Assembly (NCBI GenBank): GCA_964016885.1 | Contig: OZ024742.1 | Coordinates: forward strand, 152,148,001-152,212,000 | Length of the DNA stretch: 64,000 nucleotides | Reading direction: 5' to 3' | DNA from: Eledone cirrhosa | Lineage: Eukaryota | Shown here: positions 14,048-28,751 of the stretch, in pieces | Layout: each line of letters begins with the position of its first letter | How positions within the stretch are numbered: position 1 is the first letter of the stretch | The notes under the pieces: model-generated | Databases searched by the model: none | What the model was told of the DNA's origin: nothing | What the model saw: the letters and a program-made list of their open reading frames with translations, nothing else | Position numbers and translations under genes: made by a program

Positions 14048-16054
14048 CTACTGGACGACCTTAAAAAGACCAAAGGAATTGTAGTAAAAGCGGACAAAAC
14101 ATCAAACCTGTATACTATGGACTGCACTACATACAACAACTTCATTCGAAAAGAATTACATAAAAAATATAGAAAAACGAATGAAGTAACTCTTAAGCAC
14201 ATCAATGATGAGGCATGCGAAATAGTGAAAAATCTCGGGATCGAAGATAGGACAGGACCACTCTTACCGGCGGTACCCACCTTCAATCTTAAGGACTATA
14301 AGGTAAACTTTGATAATGACCCTAAAATTAGATTAATCTTCCCCTCTAAATCAGATATAGGTAAAATAAGCAAATATATCTTAGATAGAATCATCCCCCA
14401 AATTAAGGCTAAGGTTAACATTAAACTCTGGGGGAAGACCCAAGAAGCAATAAGATGGTTTAATAGCATTAGCAATAAGAACAAATCTAAGTTTATCCAG
14501 TTTGATATCGACGAATATTACTCATCGATATCACCTGAAACTTTGAATAGAGCCATTAAGTTTGCTAAGGATAACTCTGACCTTACAAACGATGAAATTA
14601 AGATTATATTAGAAGCTAGGAAAACTATAGTCAAATTTGAGAACAGTTATTGGGTACGAAAAAGATAGACCCTCTAACTTTGACATAACAATGGGCTCTA
14701 ACGATTCGGCGGAAATAACTGATATTGTGGGGTTATTTATCGCCTTTAGACTCCAAGAAAAATTCAGCAATCTCCACGGCAGAATATACCGCGACGATGT
14801 TTCCCTCCTAGTTAAAAACCTAAATAACCCAAAACTAGAAAAACTACGCAAAGATATAAGAAAACTACTACTCGAAATAGGACTAACTATAACATATGAA
14901 TACAACCTTAAAGTAGTTAACTTCCTGGATGTCACACTCAATTTAAACTCTGGTCTGATTAAACCGTTTCATAAATTGAATGAAAATCTCAAGTACGTAA
15001 ATGTTGGGTCTAACCACACCATCTCTATAATTAAATCTATCCCTAAAAATATTTCCCTTAGAATCTCGGGTCTATCTTCTAACATACAAGTATTTAAGGA
15101 ACACGCCGAGTACTACGATAACGCCCTTAGTAAAGCAGGCTACCTCAACAAAATAGAGTATATAGATGAGAACAATCAAAACACCCAAAATAAATCCCAC
15201 ATAGGTAGATATAATAACACAACACCAAACCACACTTACTGCCATAGTATACACACCAGTAAACCAACAAACAAAACTAATAGAAAGCGATGCAAAGAGT
15301 ACTTATGGTATAACCCTGAATACAATAGTTCCATTAGTACAAATTTACCAGTACTCTTCTTTAAAATAATTAAGAGACATTTTCCTACATCACACAAATA
15401 CCACAAAATCCTAAACCCTACCACTATAAGACTGTCATACTCTACAGCGTTAAACCTTGAACAACACATTAAAAAGATCAATACTAGAAGGTTAAACGAA
15501 AACACTAAAAACTTAAGTACAAAGAACACAAAAAAACAGTAGACAATACACTACAGAACATAAATAAACCACACCTAAGTTCGTCTGCAATACTACTCCA
15601 GAGAAAACCCAACGTACACAACTGTAACTGCACCTATCCTGACAACTGTCCCCTCGGCAATAACTGCCTGGAAAAAAATATTATTTATAAGTGTACCATT
15701 AAATTCAGAGGCAACGAGTGGTATTACGTGGGATCAACGGCAACATCGTTTAAATCTCGATTATATAGGCATTCTTACTCAATAAAACACCAGAGCCAAA
15801 GAAATGTAACAACTTTAGCAGAAAAAGCTTGGACGCTCAGGGATAGCGATCAAAAGTTTACTCTAAAATGGGAGAAATTAGCTAAAACCCAAAGCTTTTC
15901 CAGGAGCCAAAATTTCTGCAAATTGTGTAATCTTGAGATCTATTACATAATCACATACAAGAGGAAATTGCTGAATAACAGAATTGAACGAACATTATTC
16001 TGCCGTCACCGAACTAAAACCCTTTTTTCCCACTACAAGCTGAATATTACATAA
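14044..16054 (+). pseudogene. Frameshifted PLE reverse transcriptase + zinc finger/GIY-YIG endonuclease
   Basis: KADKTSNLY, RLIFPSKSDIGKISK, FIQFDIDEYYSSI, FDITMGSNDSAE, YRDD, NFLDVTLNL, CNC..NCPLGNNCLEKNIIYKC..YVGST..FKSRLYRH, CKLCNLE, CRH. Confidence 0.88.
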
Positions 16055-16893
16055 AAGAGGGACATCCCCCCAACTATATAAACCTCAATCTAGTTAGAAA
16101 AATATAAAAACAATCTCTTCTCAACATATATATGAATATTAATGACCTTAATTTACCACACTAATAATGGAAAGATATGCTGATGAGAATAGGTGCAAAT
16201 ATGCTATAATGAATGTGTCTAAAAGCGACCATAAGTATGTATATATATGTGAAAATGTATATAAATAAGTAAATATATATATATGTTTGATGTGTATAGT
16301 TAGATGTAAGTGCATTCATGTATTAAAGTGTTTATATATATATAAATATATATATATATATAAATATATATACACATAGACTGGAGTAAGTGTGTATATA
16401 TGTGTGTGTCTATACGTGTGTATATAAAGATAAGTTGAGTATGAAAATGTATACACATGAACGCGTATGTATGTACATGTATATATGTGTATATATATAT
16501 GTATGCATGTGTATATGTATGTAAGTATGAGCATGTAAGTATGTGTATGTGAGTATATGTATTTTGTAGAGGTGTGCATATATGTTTGTGTGTGAATGCG
16601 TGGGCGAAAGGATACGTACACTTGAAAGAAAAATTTAAGTCTGAATGTTAATTAAGTGCAAACACAAAACCAACCACGCATATCTATACTATCCCTAATC
16701 CTTCTATAGATTTAGAAAAATAACCAATAATATATTCTATAAAAATGTCAAAACAACAGATGGGAATCTAATTACTCACTGCCACCAAAAATTCTCACTG
16801 CTATCAAAAAACCACTCCCTCAACTATTCTTCTAACAACTTCACACCTCCCTCCTAATATTCTCCATAAAAACCAAACAGGTCCTCAGTAAAA

Positions 16894-17008
16894 TTATTCC
16901 GATGAAATGACAGTTGACATTGAAATATTGAATGTCTGCATAACTAATACTTTGTAGATAGCAGCTGTTTTCAGGTTTTGTAACTGTTATAGAAACACGT
17001 GTCAATAA
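16894..17008 (+). ncRNA. HHR-like motif in PLE pLTR (CCGAUGA core, long stem II)
   Basis: UUAUU-CCGAUGA-AAUGACAGUU...AACUGUUAUA-GAAAC ACGU GUC-AAUAA. Confidence 0.65.
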
Positions 17009-17042
17009 ATTCCTTTTAACTAAACTGTATCCATTAAAATCC

Positions 17043-17118
<76 letters not shown>

Positions 17119-17479
17119 ATAATATATATATAATACATTATAAGGAAGAATGAGATACACCTTGATAATACATATACTCGTGTTCAATTTTAAAGGGATG
17201 TCCAGAGTTCACGAAAACAACGAACGCCATTGAAGTGTTTATGGCGAATAATAAATATTCGAGGTTTAACTAATGGTTTATTTTTAAGGAAAACGTTGAA
17301 AGTTACTAAATTGGTTATTCTTAAGAAAAATGATAAATGAAAATCATGAATTAATTTTTTTTTCAAATAAAAAAAAAAAAAACGTTTGCCGTTAACCAAA
17401 ATATTCAAACAAAAATATAACAGAAAATTTGAAAGTAATAAATGATGTGGAATAATGCAGTAAAATAACTATATATTCT

Positions 17480-18452
17480 AGAGTTGCTATTGTGAGGGAG
17501 AATTTGATTTTCGACCTTAAATTCAATCAGGGTAATTATACAGAAGAAAGATTTACAGATTTAATTAAAATTAGAGGCATTTATCACCATATTCAGGCAC
17601 AGGCACTCATTAATAGTAACACTAGATTTAATTTCCACAAATAATCCATTCTTAATTTCTAAAATTACAATTGATGATTATATTATTAATATTTTTGATA
17701 ATTTCAGAAGATTGTTTCAAATAATTAAAGAAAATTCTATAATTTCATCTAATTCAAGAAGTGTCTCACTTAATTTTCTTAAAATACATTTCCCCTCTAT
17801 TTTCCATAAATTAGCTAACATTACTTGACCTCAATCTTTTTCTTGCACTAGTATAGATGAAATGTGTGAGCCGTTTGATGATAGTCTGTCAAATCTTATA
17901 ATTAAACATGTTCTGCTCTCTCCCTTTCTCAAAACCGTTTCAAATGGCCATCACATACTTTTAAAATGATCCAATGACAACAGAAATTCCATTTGGAAAT
18001 TTCTCATTAAACTAACAACAAATTGTGATTCAAAATGTGATTTAAAAGATAAAATATTTATAACTAAAAAATGGGAATTATGTAAATTCTAGTCTGAATT
18101 CAAAATCTTCTATGCCCTCCGTTAATTACTAATAACAATTGTATGAGCACTAGATTAAGCCTTATCCAAGGTTCCTTTGAAAATAGAGTGAAGTGATCTG
18201 AGTTCCTGGCTCGGCTGGCTCCGCCTGACAGCACCTTAAACGCGCACTGTCTAGGTTAAGGGAGACCCCCCCCCTTCTTTGACTTAAAATCGTTACATTA
18301 GTTTTTGACGTATGTTAAAAAGGGAGGAGAGATAGTCTGCGAGGATTAGGAAGCTTACTTCCATGAAACACATTGCTACAGAAGTAGGGGCAGATAACCG
18401 GCCTGCAACCGTTTGGAGTTGAGATCTCTCATCGCCCAACCTCCCACAGGGA
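17480..18452 (-). mobile_element. Possible decayed 5' UTR + ORF1 start of an I/Nimb-type LINE
   Basis: GC-richer leader followed by stop-riddled peptide segments resembling I-clade ORF1 (LIIRFD..ISSILV..LRKL..LLEL..LLKL). Weak. Confidence 0.3.
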
Positions 18453-18524
18453 GAAAAATGAACTAAAGAAAAACAAACAATTGTATTATTCTTAATAATG
18501 TTGAAAAAACTATTTTATTTAATA

Positions 18525-18706
18525 ATTGTTTCTACTTTTGGCAAAAGGCCAGCAATTATTTCAGTGCATTACTGGTACTTTATTTTATCGACCCTTTAAG
18601 GATGAAAGGCAAAGTTAACCTCGGCGGGATTTGAACTCAGACAGTAAAGGGACGTAACTATGCTGGAAAACATGGCGTCCGACCCTCTACCGATACTGCC
18701 AATCCA
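18525..18706 (-). mobile_element. tRNA-derived SINE (family A)
   Basis: Minus strand: tggattggcagtatcggtagagggtcggacgcc..ctgagttcaaatcccgccgaggttaactttgcctttcatcc..gtcgataaaataaagtaccagt. Confidence 0.9.
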
Positions 18707-19397
18707 ATTATATTTCTACAAGGATTGTGAACCTCAGCTAACTTACGGCCATACAAATCTCTTTCTTTTAACTCACATTTTGGTGTTGACTGGATTCCAT
18801 AAATTTCTTTAAGAGATTTGCATTTGAATTAGTTATGTCATTAGTTATGTCATTACTGTAATGTTTTATTTTTTCTGGCAGAATTACCGACCCCATGGCG
18901 ATTGTATGTTAGTGTAAGTATATGTGTGCAAGTGTGTATTTTATATTGTATATATAATGTATACAATAATATGGAATGGGAAAATTATATTTTTTACATT
19001 CAAATGATATGAACTCGCACCAACGTATTTAAGCAATGTTTCGTTACTAAAAAATAGAGACCCGCCCCGACGTAATCAAATTTGGTACAATACTTATATT
19101 TGCCGAAGCCCAAAAGCCAAACGGGTCGACGAGGCACTGAGCAGTAAATTGTCAAAATCAGTTGAGCGCCGGGAAAAATTCTTTGTGGCATTTAGTTACG
19201 CACATATACGATCTGACTTCAAATCCTGCGTTTCATGATTGTTGGGTTGATAAAAGAAAGTGTTCTGCTCCTCCCACCTCAACTCACCTCCTCCTCCTCG
19301 TCCTCCACCTTTTCTTCCACCTCCTCTTTCACATCCCTCCTCCCAATTTCTGATCTTGTGATATATTAGAAAGTAGTAATAGAGATTAGTGAGAGAG

Positions 19398-19590
19398 CAG
19401 TAGATTGGCAAAGTCTTTAGACCGTGGAATATGTCCGTACCAGTATTTGTTATAGGTCTTTACTTTCCCCGGTCGGGGTTAACTTTATTTTTCATCCGTC
19501 CAGGGTTGTTAAAATAATGTATCAGTTAAGTACTGGGGGCCACCTTTCATGAAATGGCTCTCCTTGTACCAATGCTAGAAAGAATTATTA
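19398..19590 (+). mobile_element. Decayed SINE (family A)
   Basis: gattggcaaagtc..gttaacttt..ttcatcc..aaaataatgtatcagt..gtactggg..ccttgtaccaa. Confidence 0.6.
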
Positions 19591-19811
19591 AAGAATAATC
19601 ATACTCTCACTTCTATTTGGAAAATCGCCAACGAATGTGCTATACATAAAAAAAGTAATTTATGTTCTGATGTATAAAATATAGACCACTAAGTTTATTT
19701 AATACATATAGTAACCTTCGATAATTTATTAACAAAAAAGTATCTTTAAATCTTTTTATCACAAAATAAACGAGTCAACGTGGCATACTACCAATTTATA
19801 AACTGAAAAAA

Positions 19812-20231
19812 ATTGTTTCCTACTTTTGGCATAAGGCCAGACATTAACCAGTGCATTACTGGTACTTTATTTTATCGACCCCGTAAGGATGAAAGGCAAA
19901 GTTAACCTCGGCGGGATTTGAACTCAGAATGGCAAGGGCCATAACTCTATGTGTCAAAGCATGGCGTCCGACCCTCTACCGATACTGCCAATCCACCGCC
20001 CCTGAAACTGAAAATAATGGTGTCTGATTTAGGCACAAGACCAACAATTTGTGGGAGGGAAAAGTCGATTAAATCAACCCTAGTGCATTACTGGTACATT
20101 AATTTATCGACCCCGTAATGATAAAAGGAGAAGCTAACCTCGGCAGGATTTAAACTCAGATCAGAAAAAGCCGATCTATATCCCATAATGCATGTTGGCC
20201 GACGCTCTACCGATATTGCCAATCCACCGCT
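19812..20231 (-). mobile_element. Two tandem SINE family A copies (19812-20002, 20018-20231)
   Basis: Both carry ctggtac..ttatcgaccccgtaa..aacctcggc.ggattt.aactcaga..ctctaccgata.tgccaatccaccgc. Confidence 0.9.
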
Positions 20232-20977
20232 CTAATGTCACTAAATCATTCTAAGCGTTTTGTTCGAAGCTCTTCTGATTCTACGATAAAGAATGAACTA
20301 AGACGATAAAAACATCTTTGTGAATGTTTAAAAATTATACTTGATTATCGATCAATGTTTCTCAAGTTTTAGAATTAAGATAAAAATTGCATATAATTAA
20401 ATAACAGAACCACAATATTTACATCAAGGATTGTTTGGAAAAAATATTAGTTTCGACGGTTGATATCTTTCATTGAGTCTTATTCGTCAGACAAAAAAGA
20501 GAGAAAAAACTTGTCATTGTTTTTTTAATCTACGAGGCCAAACTACAAAGACGTGATAACTAATAATAGGTTTTATTTCCGGTAGTGTGCCTTACTATAC
20601 AATCAAACGACAGTTTTAATTATAATAATAAATAATGTCTGCGATAAGAGTTTCAAAATTTGTTGAGAACAACGGAAGGAAGAAACAGATAAAATATTAA
20701 GAAACATTGTAGGAAAACATCATATATATATATATATATATATATAAATGTGTGTGTGTGTGTGTGTGTGTACATATATATATATATTTATGTGTATATT
20801 TGTGTGTGTGTATGATATATATCTATATGCTATATATATATATATATATATATCCTTATTGATATAATATTTTGATGAAGTTGAAATATATTAATTTCTT
20901 GTGCAGTTTTAGTGTGTAATACAGAATATTACAATATTTAGGACTGTATAAATACCAGATATTATACCCCTCCCGCC

Positions 20978-21051
<74 letters not shown>

Positions 21052-22810
21052 TCTGTTTGAACTCGCGGGTTCTTTATCTACACAGATTTCAAACGATCTT
21101 GTTCAATATTCTACAGATATGTATGTACCAATTATGGGGTTATGTACGAAATTAATACTTAAATAAAATTAATTAAAATCTTAGCTGGAGAATGATAACA
21201 AATACTGAATGACAGCTGTGTGTAATTATCATAGAAGAAGGGAGATAATTTAGAGGAATTGCGTATGGATAACTAACAAACAATCTACATGTTTTGGGAG
21301 AAGTCAGATCTGATGTTTGTCTAGAAGCAAGTGACAATGTACATGCCTCAGTCTATTAGAAAATCTAGACTAACTAAGACGGCTAATCACTTGATATTGG
21401 AGAATATACCACAAATGTTGCCCAACTTTCATATTTTAAAAATTAGAACGCCCACCAGAATCAATATCACAATACGTCACTATATTGATTTCTAATTTTG
21501 ACACAAGGGCAACAAATTTGGTGAAATAACAAAGTTGTTTAAATGCACCCAAGTACTTGTCTGATGTTTTATTTTGTCAAATCCACATGATAAACGACAA
21601 AGTTGAATTTGGTGGGAATTGGTCTGAGAATATAAAGATCCAGAACAAATACCACAATGGCATTTCATCCAACACTCTATCAATTCTGCCAATTCAGCAC
21701 CTTCACAATGCAGTACATAAAAACATTTGTCTCCAGCTTTTTGGGTTTTTCATCATCATTTTGCAACAAATGAAGAATTAGAAATAGAAACTTCTGTTAT
21801 TTGTCTCTAGCTGTTCTCAACGGTAATTATTGCCACCTCTTGCATAGAACATAAAAAAATAACCAAATCATTTGCAAGGCAATTTGTCAAGGTACCTTCA
21901 ACACCTCAAGACGTCTATCCCCCTGTCTGAAGAAGAGTACGAGAGAATGAAAGCTTGCGGATAAAATTAACAACAAATGAACAAATGAACAAATCCGTAC
22001 CGAATAAACATTTAATGCAGTCAATATTGAGTTATACAAGTCTATGATATATGCTTAGAAAAATATCAAGAATGACTGTAATGCAGCATTGTTTGTTATA
22101 GTACAGCAAAACAGATACAATAAAGATACCCCATTTCTGTGGGGGACATTAGCAGTAGTGTGGTTTTCTGATGCATTTTGTCTTTCCTATTGATGACAGA
22201 TACCTTGTATTTCGATAGCATGCTTTCCACTTGGAAGAAAGCCACCAGAAATACTTCACTCTAGTAAGTGCTGCATAGCAATGACATCCATGGGAGTGGA
22301 GTCTGATATTTCCTCTCCCACACTTCTTCCTACTAGCTATCAGGACATCTGGTTAATATGGAAAGCAGTTATGGCATCCAATTTCGATGGAATGGCACTA
22401 AAGCGGGGATAGGTTATTCGGACGCACACCCACGTGTGTATGTAGTATGAGAATGCAGTGTCTTAGTGAGCGAATATTTGAATATATGATGGAAGCTATA
22501 AACCTGAGGCGGGGCGGGTGTCTTGTTCGTAACTGCCTTCATAATTTGAGTAGATAAAAAGTAAGTGGTAGGTTTCAAAATGAGATATCTATTGTGTGGT
22601 GATTAATTCCTGTTAAGAGGAATCTGCTGCGATGCGATTTGTTGCCAATTAAAAGGGGAATTAATTGTTATATAATTGGAGAATTTATACTATATAAATG
22701 TAGACTATTGAAATATTTATTTTTATATATCTATTCTCTCTCTCTCCACACACACACACACACACACACACGTATGTGTGTGTATGTGTATGTATACATA
22801 TATATAAATG

Positions 22811-22858
<48 letters not shown>

Positions 22859-23203
22859 CAAACGCACATGTACATATATATATATATATATATATTTATA
22901 CAGAGAGAGAAGAGAGAGAGAGATAGTGAAATCGAAAGTGAGACATATATATGTATTCATTATGTGTATTTATTATGTTATTTATTATGTGTATTTTTTA
23001 CTTTAAAAGACTTTATTATTTTGTTTTAAATTTCTCTCTGTTAATTGAAACATTTCTTTTCTGCATCTAAATCTAAATGGACTTATTGATTATTGTTAAA
23101 GACTTATCGGTGCTACTTTATTCTAATTTGGTACTTTTCTATAGTTTGGTAAAAATCTTCATTTCTTATTAATTGGATGTTTTGTATTTTAGTACAAATA
23201 CAC

Positions 23204-23312
<109 letters not shown>

Positions 23313-23324
23313 TAAATATATGTT

Positions 23325-23355
<31 letters not shown>

Positions 23356-23871
23356 TGAACCATACTAGTGGCTTGTCTCGGCTGTGCTAATTATTTCTTT
23401 ATTGTGGTGTGGCTAAATTTCTCTGTACTTATGAAGAATTGATGATAGTTTTATGTGTAACATTAATTTCAATCAATATTTATGATATTCTTTTTTTCGA
23501 CAAATTCTCTCTATCGATTTTGGCTTACGGGTGTCTAAAAATGAGACTATGTGGTCCCATCATGTCCGTATTTCAAACAGCTTCTGTTTGACGATTGTAA
23601 CAACTAAACAGCATTGTAGAATTATGAGACGGAAGTAAATAACATTTAGGATGTATTGAGGCGTTTAGATGATTTAAAATTTAAAAAATGTTGAAATCCA
23701 AACACAGTATCACTAAAATGATAATAGCATTAAAAAACGTGTAAAATATCCGTAGAAACAGAAAATAAGTGGCCCGCAGCCATTACGGAGAATCAAACTC
23801 TGTATATCTTCGGCGGAATTGAAATGTTACAGACTTCAGTTCTCTGTTGTGGCTATGTCCCTAAGGCGATG

Positions 23872-24022
23872 AATTAGCAGAGTCATTAGAACGTCGCATA
23901 AAATGCTTTATGTTATTCGCTCCGGCTCTCTGCTCTCTGAGTTCAAATCCCGCCAAGGTCAACTTTACCTTTCATCCTTTCGAAGTCGATAAAAAATTAC
24001 CAGCCTAGCACTGGGATCGATT
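23872..24022 (+). mobile_element. SINE (family A)
   Basis: ctgagttcaaatcccgccaaggtcaactttacctttcatcctttcgaagtcgataaaa. Confidence 0.8.
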
Positions 24023-25678
24023 CTTCCTCTATATTTCTTTCTCAATTTCCTCTCTCTCACTTTCTATCTTTCTCAGGAAGAAATCTGCTGTACTCAGGCT
24101 CGGAGAGGAGATGGGCTCCACCAGGCTTAAATACCAAAGAAGCGCCGTATGTTAGTTACGGTGCCCCTACGACTCTATCAGGAGTTACGGGAACATTCAT
24201 ACATACATGCACGCGCGCACACACACGCCCGCCCCACACACACAAACACACTCACACAAGGGTATTGAATTTTAACATTTTCAAATTTTATTAGTTATAT
24301 TTCATATGTATAGTCATATATGCCGCAAGGATGATAGCCAAAGTCCCGCTGGCGTGATCTTGTTTTCGTATGCAGGATCGTTTTGATATGAAGATTGTTT
24401 CGCAAGCATGCAGATCCAGGTTAAAACCTACCAACAGGATTGTGTGACACTTCTCCATATCTATCTGTCTCTCTATCTCTTTATCTATCTCTTCCTCTTT
24501 CCCTATGTATCTCTTTTTTTCTTTCTCTCCCCCTCTATCTCTCTATCTATCTATCTATCTATCATTTAAGTCTCAGCATTATTGAAAAATGTCAATAGCA
24601 CGCCTTATTTATGTTTCCATGGAGGTGGGTGGGGGGGGGGGAGTCATTCGACAGCTTAGACGTTTGCGATGTTCCGTAGTTACCTTACACACTTTAAGAT
24701 GGACATTTCCGGCTTTCCCCTTGATCTATTGAACTAGTAATGCGTGGCTCTATCATACCACAAAGAAGGTAAGCGCGCAATGCATCCAAAACAAAATTAA
24801 TAGCTACCTTTACTGAGCTATGACAAAACGTTACATTGGTTTCGAACCGTACATATCTTAGACTTTACTTCTAATCCAGAAACCTACACGCACAAAACAT
24901 ATCAGAGATCCACCGAACAATTTAATTACATTAACAAAATCTTCTGTTATCTACCAGTAGTTTTTTAGAAATTTAGTATCTACTAAAATAATGTGGCTTC
25001 CCCTACCTTTCTTGCAGCATAGGAATTTTCAATATGGAAGCACCGTAGTACAATAAAGCCATAGAAAACAGCAGTTTGAAACACAAGATTACTCATATTC
25101 CCGGAAAATACCACCACCGCTTTAACAAGTTGATGGTGAAAATATGATTTTCTTCCCCCTTCAGACCTAATGTCAAAAGTAGCATAGGTCAAATGTCTAA
25201 GTCATACTAGATAAGTATTTCAGTTTCGTCTATAAATTTAGGAAAATCTTCAATAGGGAACCTTTTAAAATCGGGTATGTTTATGGAAAAAATGTGAAGT
25301 TATATATTACAGCGGTTTGACTTCATGAGAGATAACGGTACAAAGGTGTCGTGGAATAAGTTATGGAAAATGGATGCAATGCGCGTATGATGTATTCTCA
25401 TGCCCAACCAATATTAGACTGTAATGATCAGAGGACACGGCAAATTTTCATCGCAGGTAGTTATGCATGATTGAACTAGTTTGTGTCAGTATCTACCCGT
25501 CCCTGACCGTGTACACTTGGTGACTTAACCAAGTTGATAGTGTTCGAAATAATGCAGTAAAAAAACAATACAACTCTGATAATACAAGTAAGATAAAGAT
25601 AAAGCTGTATCCTGTTGTTTTTCAGGCGCATAGTAAGAAAGAACATCACAAGAAAGTGAACAAAGCTGTATATATATA

Positions 25679-25728
<50 letters not shown>

Positions 25729-25928
25729 TATATATACTCACGTGCGCGCACCCACACCTATACACATATATATATATATGTGCATATGTGTGTGTGTATA
25801 TATACACTCCAGCCCCTTTCTCTCCTCCGACACACGCACACACAGCTATATATATATATGCATATATACATATACAGATAATATTATATATGTGAGTACG
25901 TATACATATATTTCTACATATATGTATT

Positions 25929-25981
<53 letters not shown>

Positions 25982-25998
25982 GGGGGGGAGAGAGATAC

Positions 25999-26087
<89 letters not shown>

Positions 26088-26124
26088 CACACACACACAC
26101 ACACATATATACATACAAATATAT

Positions 26125-26750
26125 AAATATATTACACAAAGAGAAGTGTGTTACACAGTGAGATGTGTGTAAAGAATTATTACAAGTGAGTTTAACCGTT
26201 ACTGTATGGAGAACAATATCTACAGGTTAGCAATTAAATAGAAAAAAACTAAGTCAGTATCAAATCTCTGAAGTAGAGTTTTAAATTACCAACCTTATAA
26301 CTATAAGCTTGCCCATACGAATCTAGTTCGTTTCGCTGTATATTAGCTTTCTCTCTATCCATGAGGTTAGATGTGTCCGGAACAGAATCCACACTTGCTG
26401 ACTGAGGAATCTGTGGGCCGTTAAACTGCACATTTCTGTGGCGAAACGAACTAGATTCGTATCAGCAAGCTTATAGTTATAAGGTTGGTAATTTAAAACT
26501 CTACTTCAGAGATTTGATTCTGACTTAGTTTTTTTCTATTTAATTGCTAACCTGTAGATATTGTTCTGCATACAGTAACGGTTAAACTCACTTGTAATAA
26601 TTCTTTACACACATCTCACTGTGTAACACCCTTCTCTTTGTGTAATATATTTGTATTTGAGCTCAGAAGAAAATTTACTATTCTTCTTTGAGTTAATATT
26701 ATTATTTTTACTGTGAACTGCGGAATACTCTTAATTCCGATCCTTGTATA
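26125..26750. mobile_element. Inverted-repeat element (arms 26125-26336 and 26441-26652) plus tail
   Basis: About 212-bp reverse-complementary arms between microsatellites. An HHR spans the spacer and right arm. Confidence 0.85.
26394..26469 (+). ncRNA. Type I hammerhead ribozyme
   Basis: CUUGCUGA-CUGAGGA-(irregular stem II)-GAAA-CGAA CUAGA UUCG-UA-UCAGCAAG. Stem I 8 bp, stem III 5 bp, GUA triplet. Confidence 0.75.
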
Positions 26751-26795
26751 AATATACATATATAAATTTCTACATATGTATATATCTATCTATCT

Positions 26796-26874
<79 letters not shown>

Positions 26875-27274
26875 CATAGCAAGAGAGAGTTATAGAGATA
26901 GAGATAGAAAGAGATAGCTTATATACATACACATTTATATTTGTGCATGTATTCGTATATGTGTCTGTATGAGACAGTGAGGGGGGAAAGGAAAGGAGAA
27001 TTAGATAAATATATAGGTAGAGAAAGAAAGAGAGAGCGAGATGGTTATATAGAGAAAGAGAAAGAAATCGTATTATTCTCTTTATGTGTAAAGGAAATAT
27101 TAGTTTGCACTATAGGAATTACCTTAGGTATGGTATTATAAATATTTAAATCAATACACTTTAGTTGTCGTTAATAACAACACAAATCAGCAAATAAACT
27201 GAACTAAAAACTCAACCGTTAACCACTTATTGACTGAAAGTTTAACAGTTTCCAATATTGCACTACAGGAAATA

Positions 27275-27482
27275 TTGATTTCTAATTCCGGCACACAGCC
27301 AGCAAATTTCAGGAAAGGGGTAAAATTGATTGAATCAGTCCCAGTACTTTATCTTGTCGACACCGGAATGATGAAAGATTACGTTGAATTTGGCGGGATT
27401 TGAACATAAACTATAAAGAGCTACAGCGAATACCGCCATAGTATTTTCTGTAAGGCTCTACTAACTCTGTCAATCCGCCACC
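27275..27482 (-). mobile_element. Decayed SINE (family A)
   Basis: ggcacacagccagcaa..cccagtactttat..gtcgac..gatgaaag..ggcgggatttgaac..caatccgcc. Confidence 0.7.
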
Positions 27483-27977
27483 CATTGCTGATGCAATTAA
27501 TATTGAAGGTAAAATTACGGTAAGCTATCTTCAATCTAGAAATCCCTGCTATAACTACTATACTTATTAGTCTCTGGAATATAATTATGACGTAAACAAC
27601 TGAGCCAAACACACTCTTTTCCACAACCATCTCGCATCCACACAAAGAACCACACACACATGCGAACACACACAGACATATATATAGATGTGCAACAAAC
27701 ATATACGACAGTCATTATCCCACTATGATGAATTATTAGAGTGTATATTTGTGTTGTTTTTATATGTGTAATTATCTCCCCATGACTATGGGAGTGTCAA
27801 ATAATCGCTATCGGGTATTACGTTTTCCATCTCTCTAGAGATTATTTTAAAAAGTGGAAGTGTTCGTCTACGATTCTTAGTACATCATTCTTTCGCTTAA
27901 TTAACCAAATTTATACTATTGGCTACCTTCAGTTATTTCGTTTCTGTCTCCCACCTCTTTCTCTCTCTCCCTCTCCC

Positions 27978-28009
<32 letters not shown>

Positions 28010-28393
28010 ATGGTAGCTAAGATCCTTCCATAGGCCGTATGCCGGTTGAGCACTCTATGTTCTTACAGAGCAGAGTATGATATAATATAAAACGAAAAAT
28101 CGGTGATACATCTGAACTCAATTTATTGTGTGTTACAATTGTTTCGCCGGGGGACAGCTCGTCGAGACACGATTATTGTGTGGATCTAATGATTTCGGAG
28201 CAAATTCTTTCACTGCTGTATTAGCGTCGAAAACATCATCTCCGCGCGTCCTGTTATTGGCTGCTGTTTTTCTGCGTCATCGTAATTCTGATCAACAGGT
28301 GTCATTCGACTGAGCATGATCAGCTGTCTCGTTTCTGCCACACTTCGATGAATTACTACTGGGTTTGGTAGTTCACACGTCCACACGCGCACT

Positions 28394-28484
<91 letters not shown>

Positions 28485-28676
28485 ACATCGATAACAACAT
28501 CCGTACGCATAGACTCCCGCTATACACACACACTTAATGAGAACATATAAAACTACATACGCATACATAGGCGTCTGCCCACATGCCCATATACATCAAC
28601 ACACACACACAGGCGCACACACATGCACATGCACATACACACACGTATCCAGGCACAGATACAGACTCGCTCGCAA

Positions 28677-28751
<75 letters not shown>

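Larger units (their letters stand above)
14044..17046 (+). mobile_element. 5'-truncated Penelope-like element (Naiad-like) inserted in (TA)n, with long 3' pLTR region
   Basis: RT and GIY-YIG coding remnants at 14044-16054, then a non-coding 3' region with an HHR and AATAAA just before (TA)n. Confidence 0.88.

Noticed and set aside
15610-16054. Selenocysteine recoding in the Naiad-like PLE (reported for some Naiads)
   Set aside because: The zinc-finger cysteines read here are TGT/TGC, with no in-frame TGA at conserved Cys positions.
21060-21990. Possible decayed PLE 3' end with CUGAAGA..GAAA near 21927-21955
   Set aside because: The stems do not pair and the coding motifs are too degraded to call.
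24700-25560. Possible LINE ORF1 zinc-knuckle remnant on the minus strand
   Set aside because: Only a faint motif resemblance, insufficient to report as a feature.
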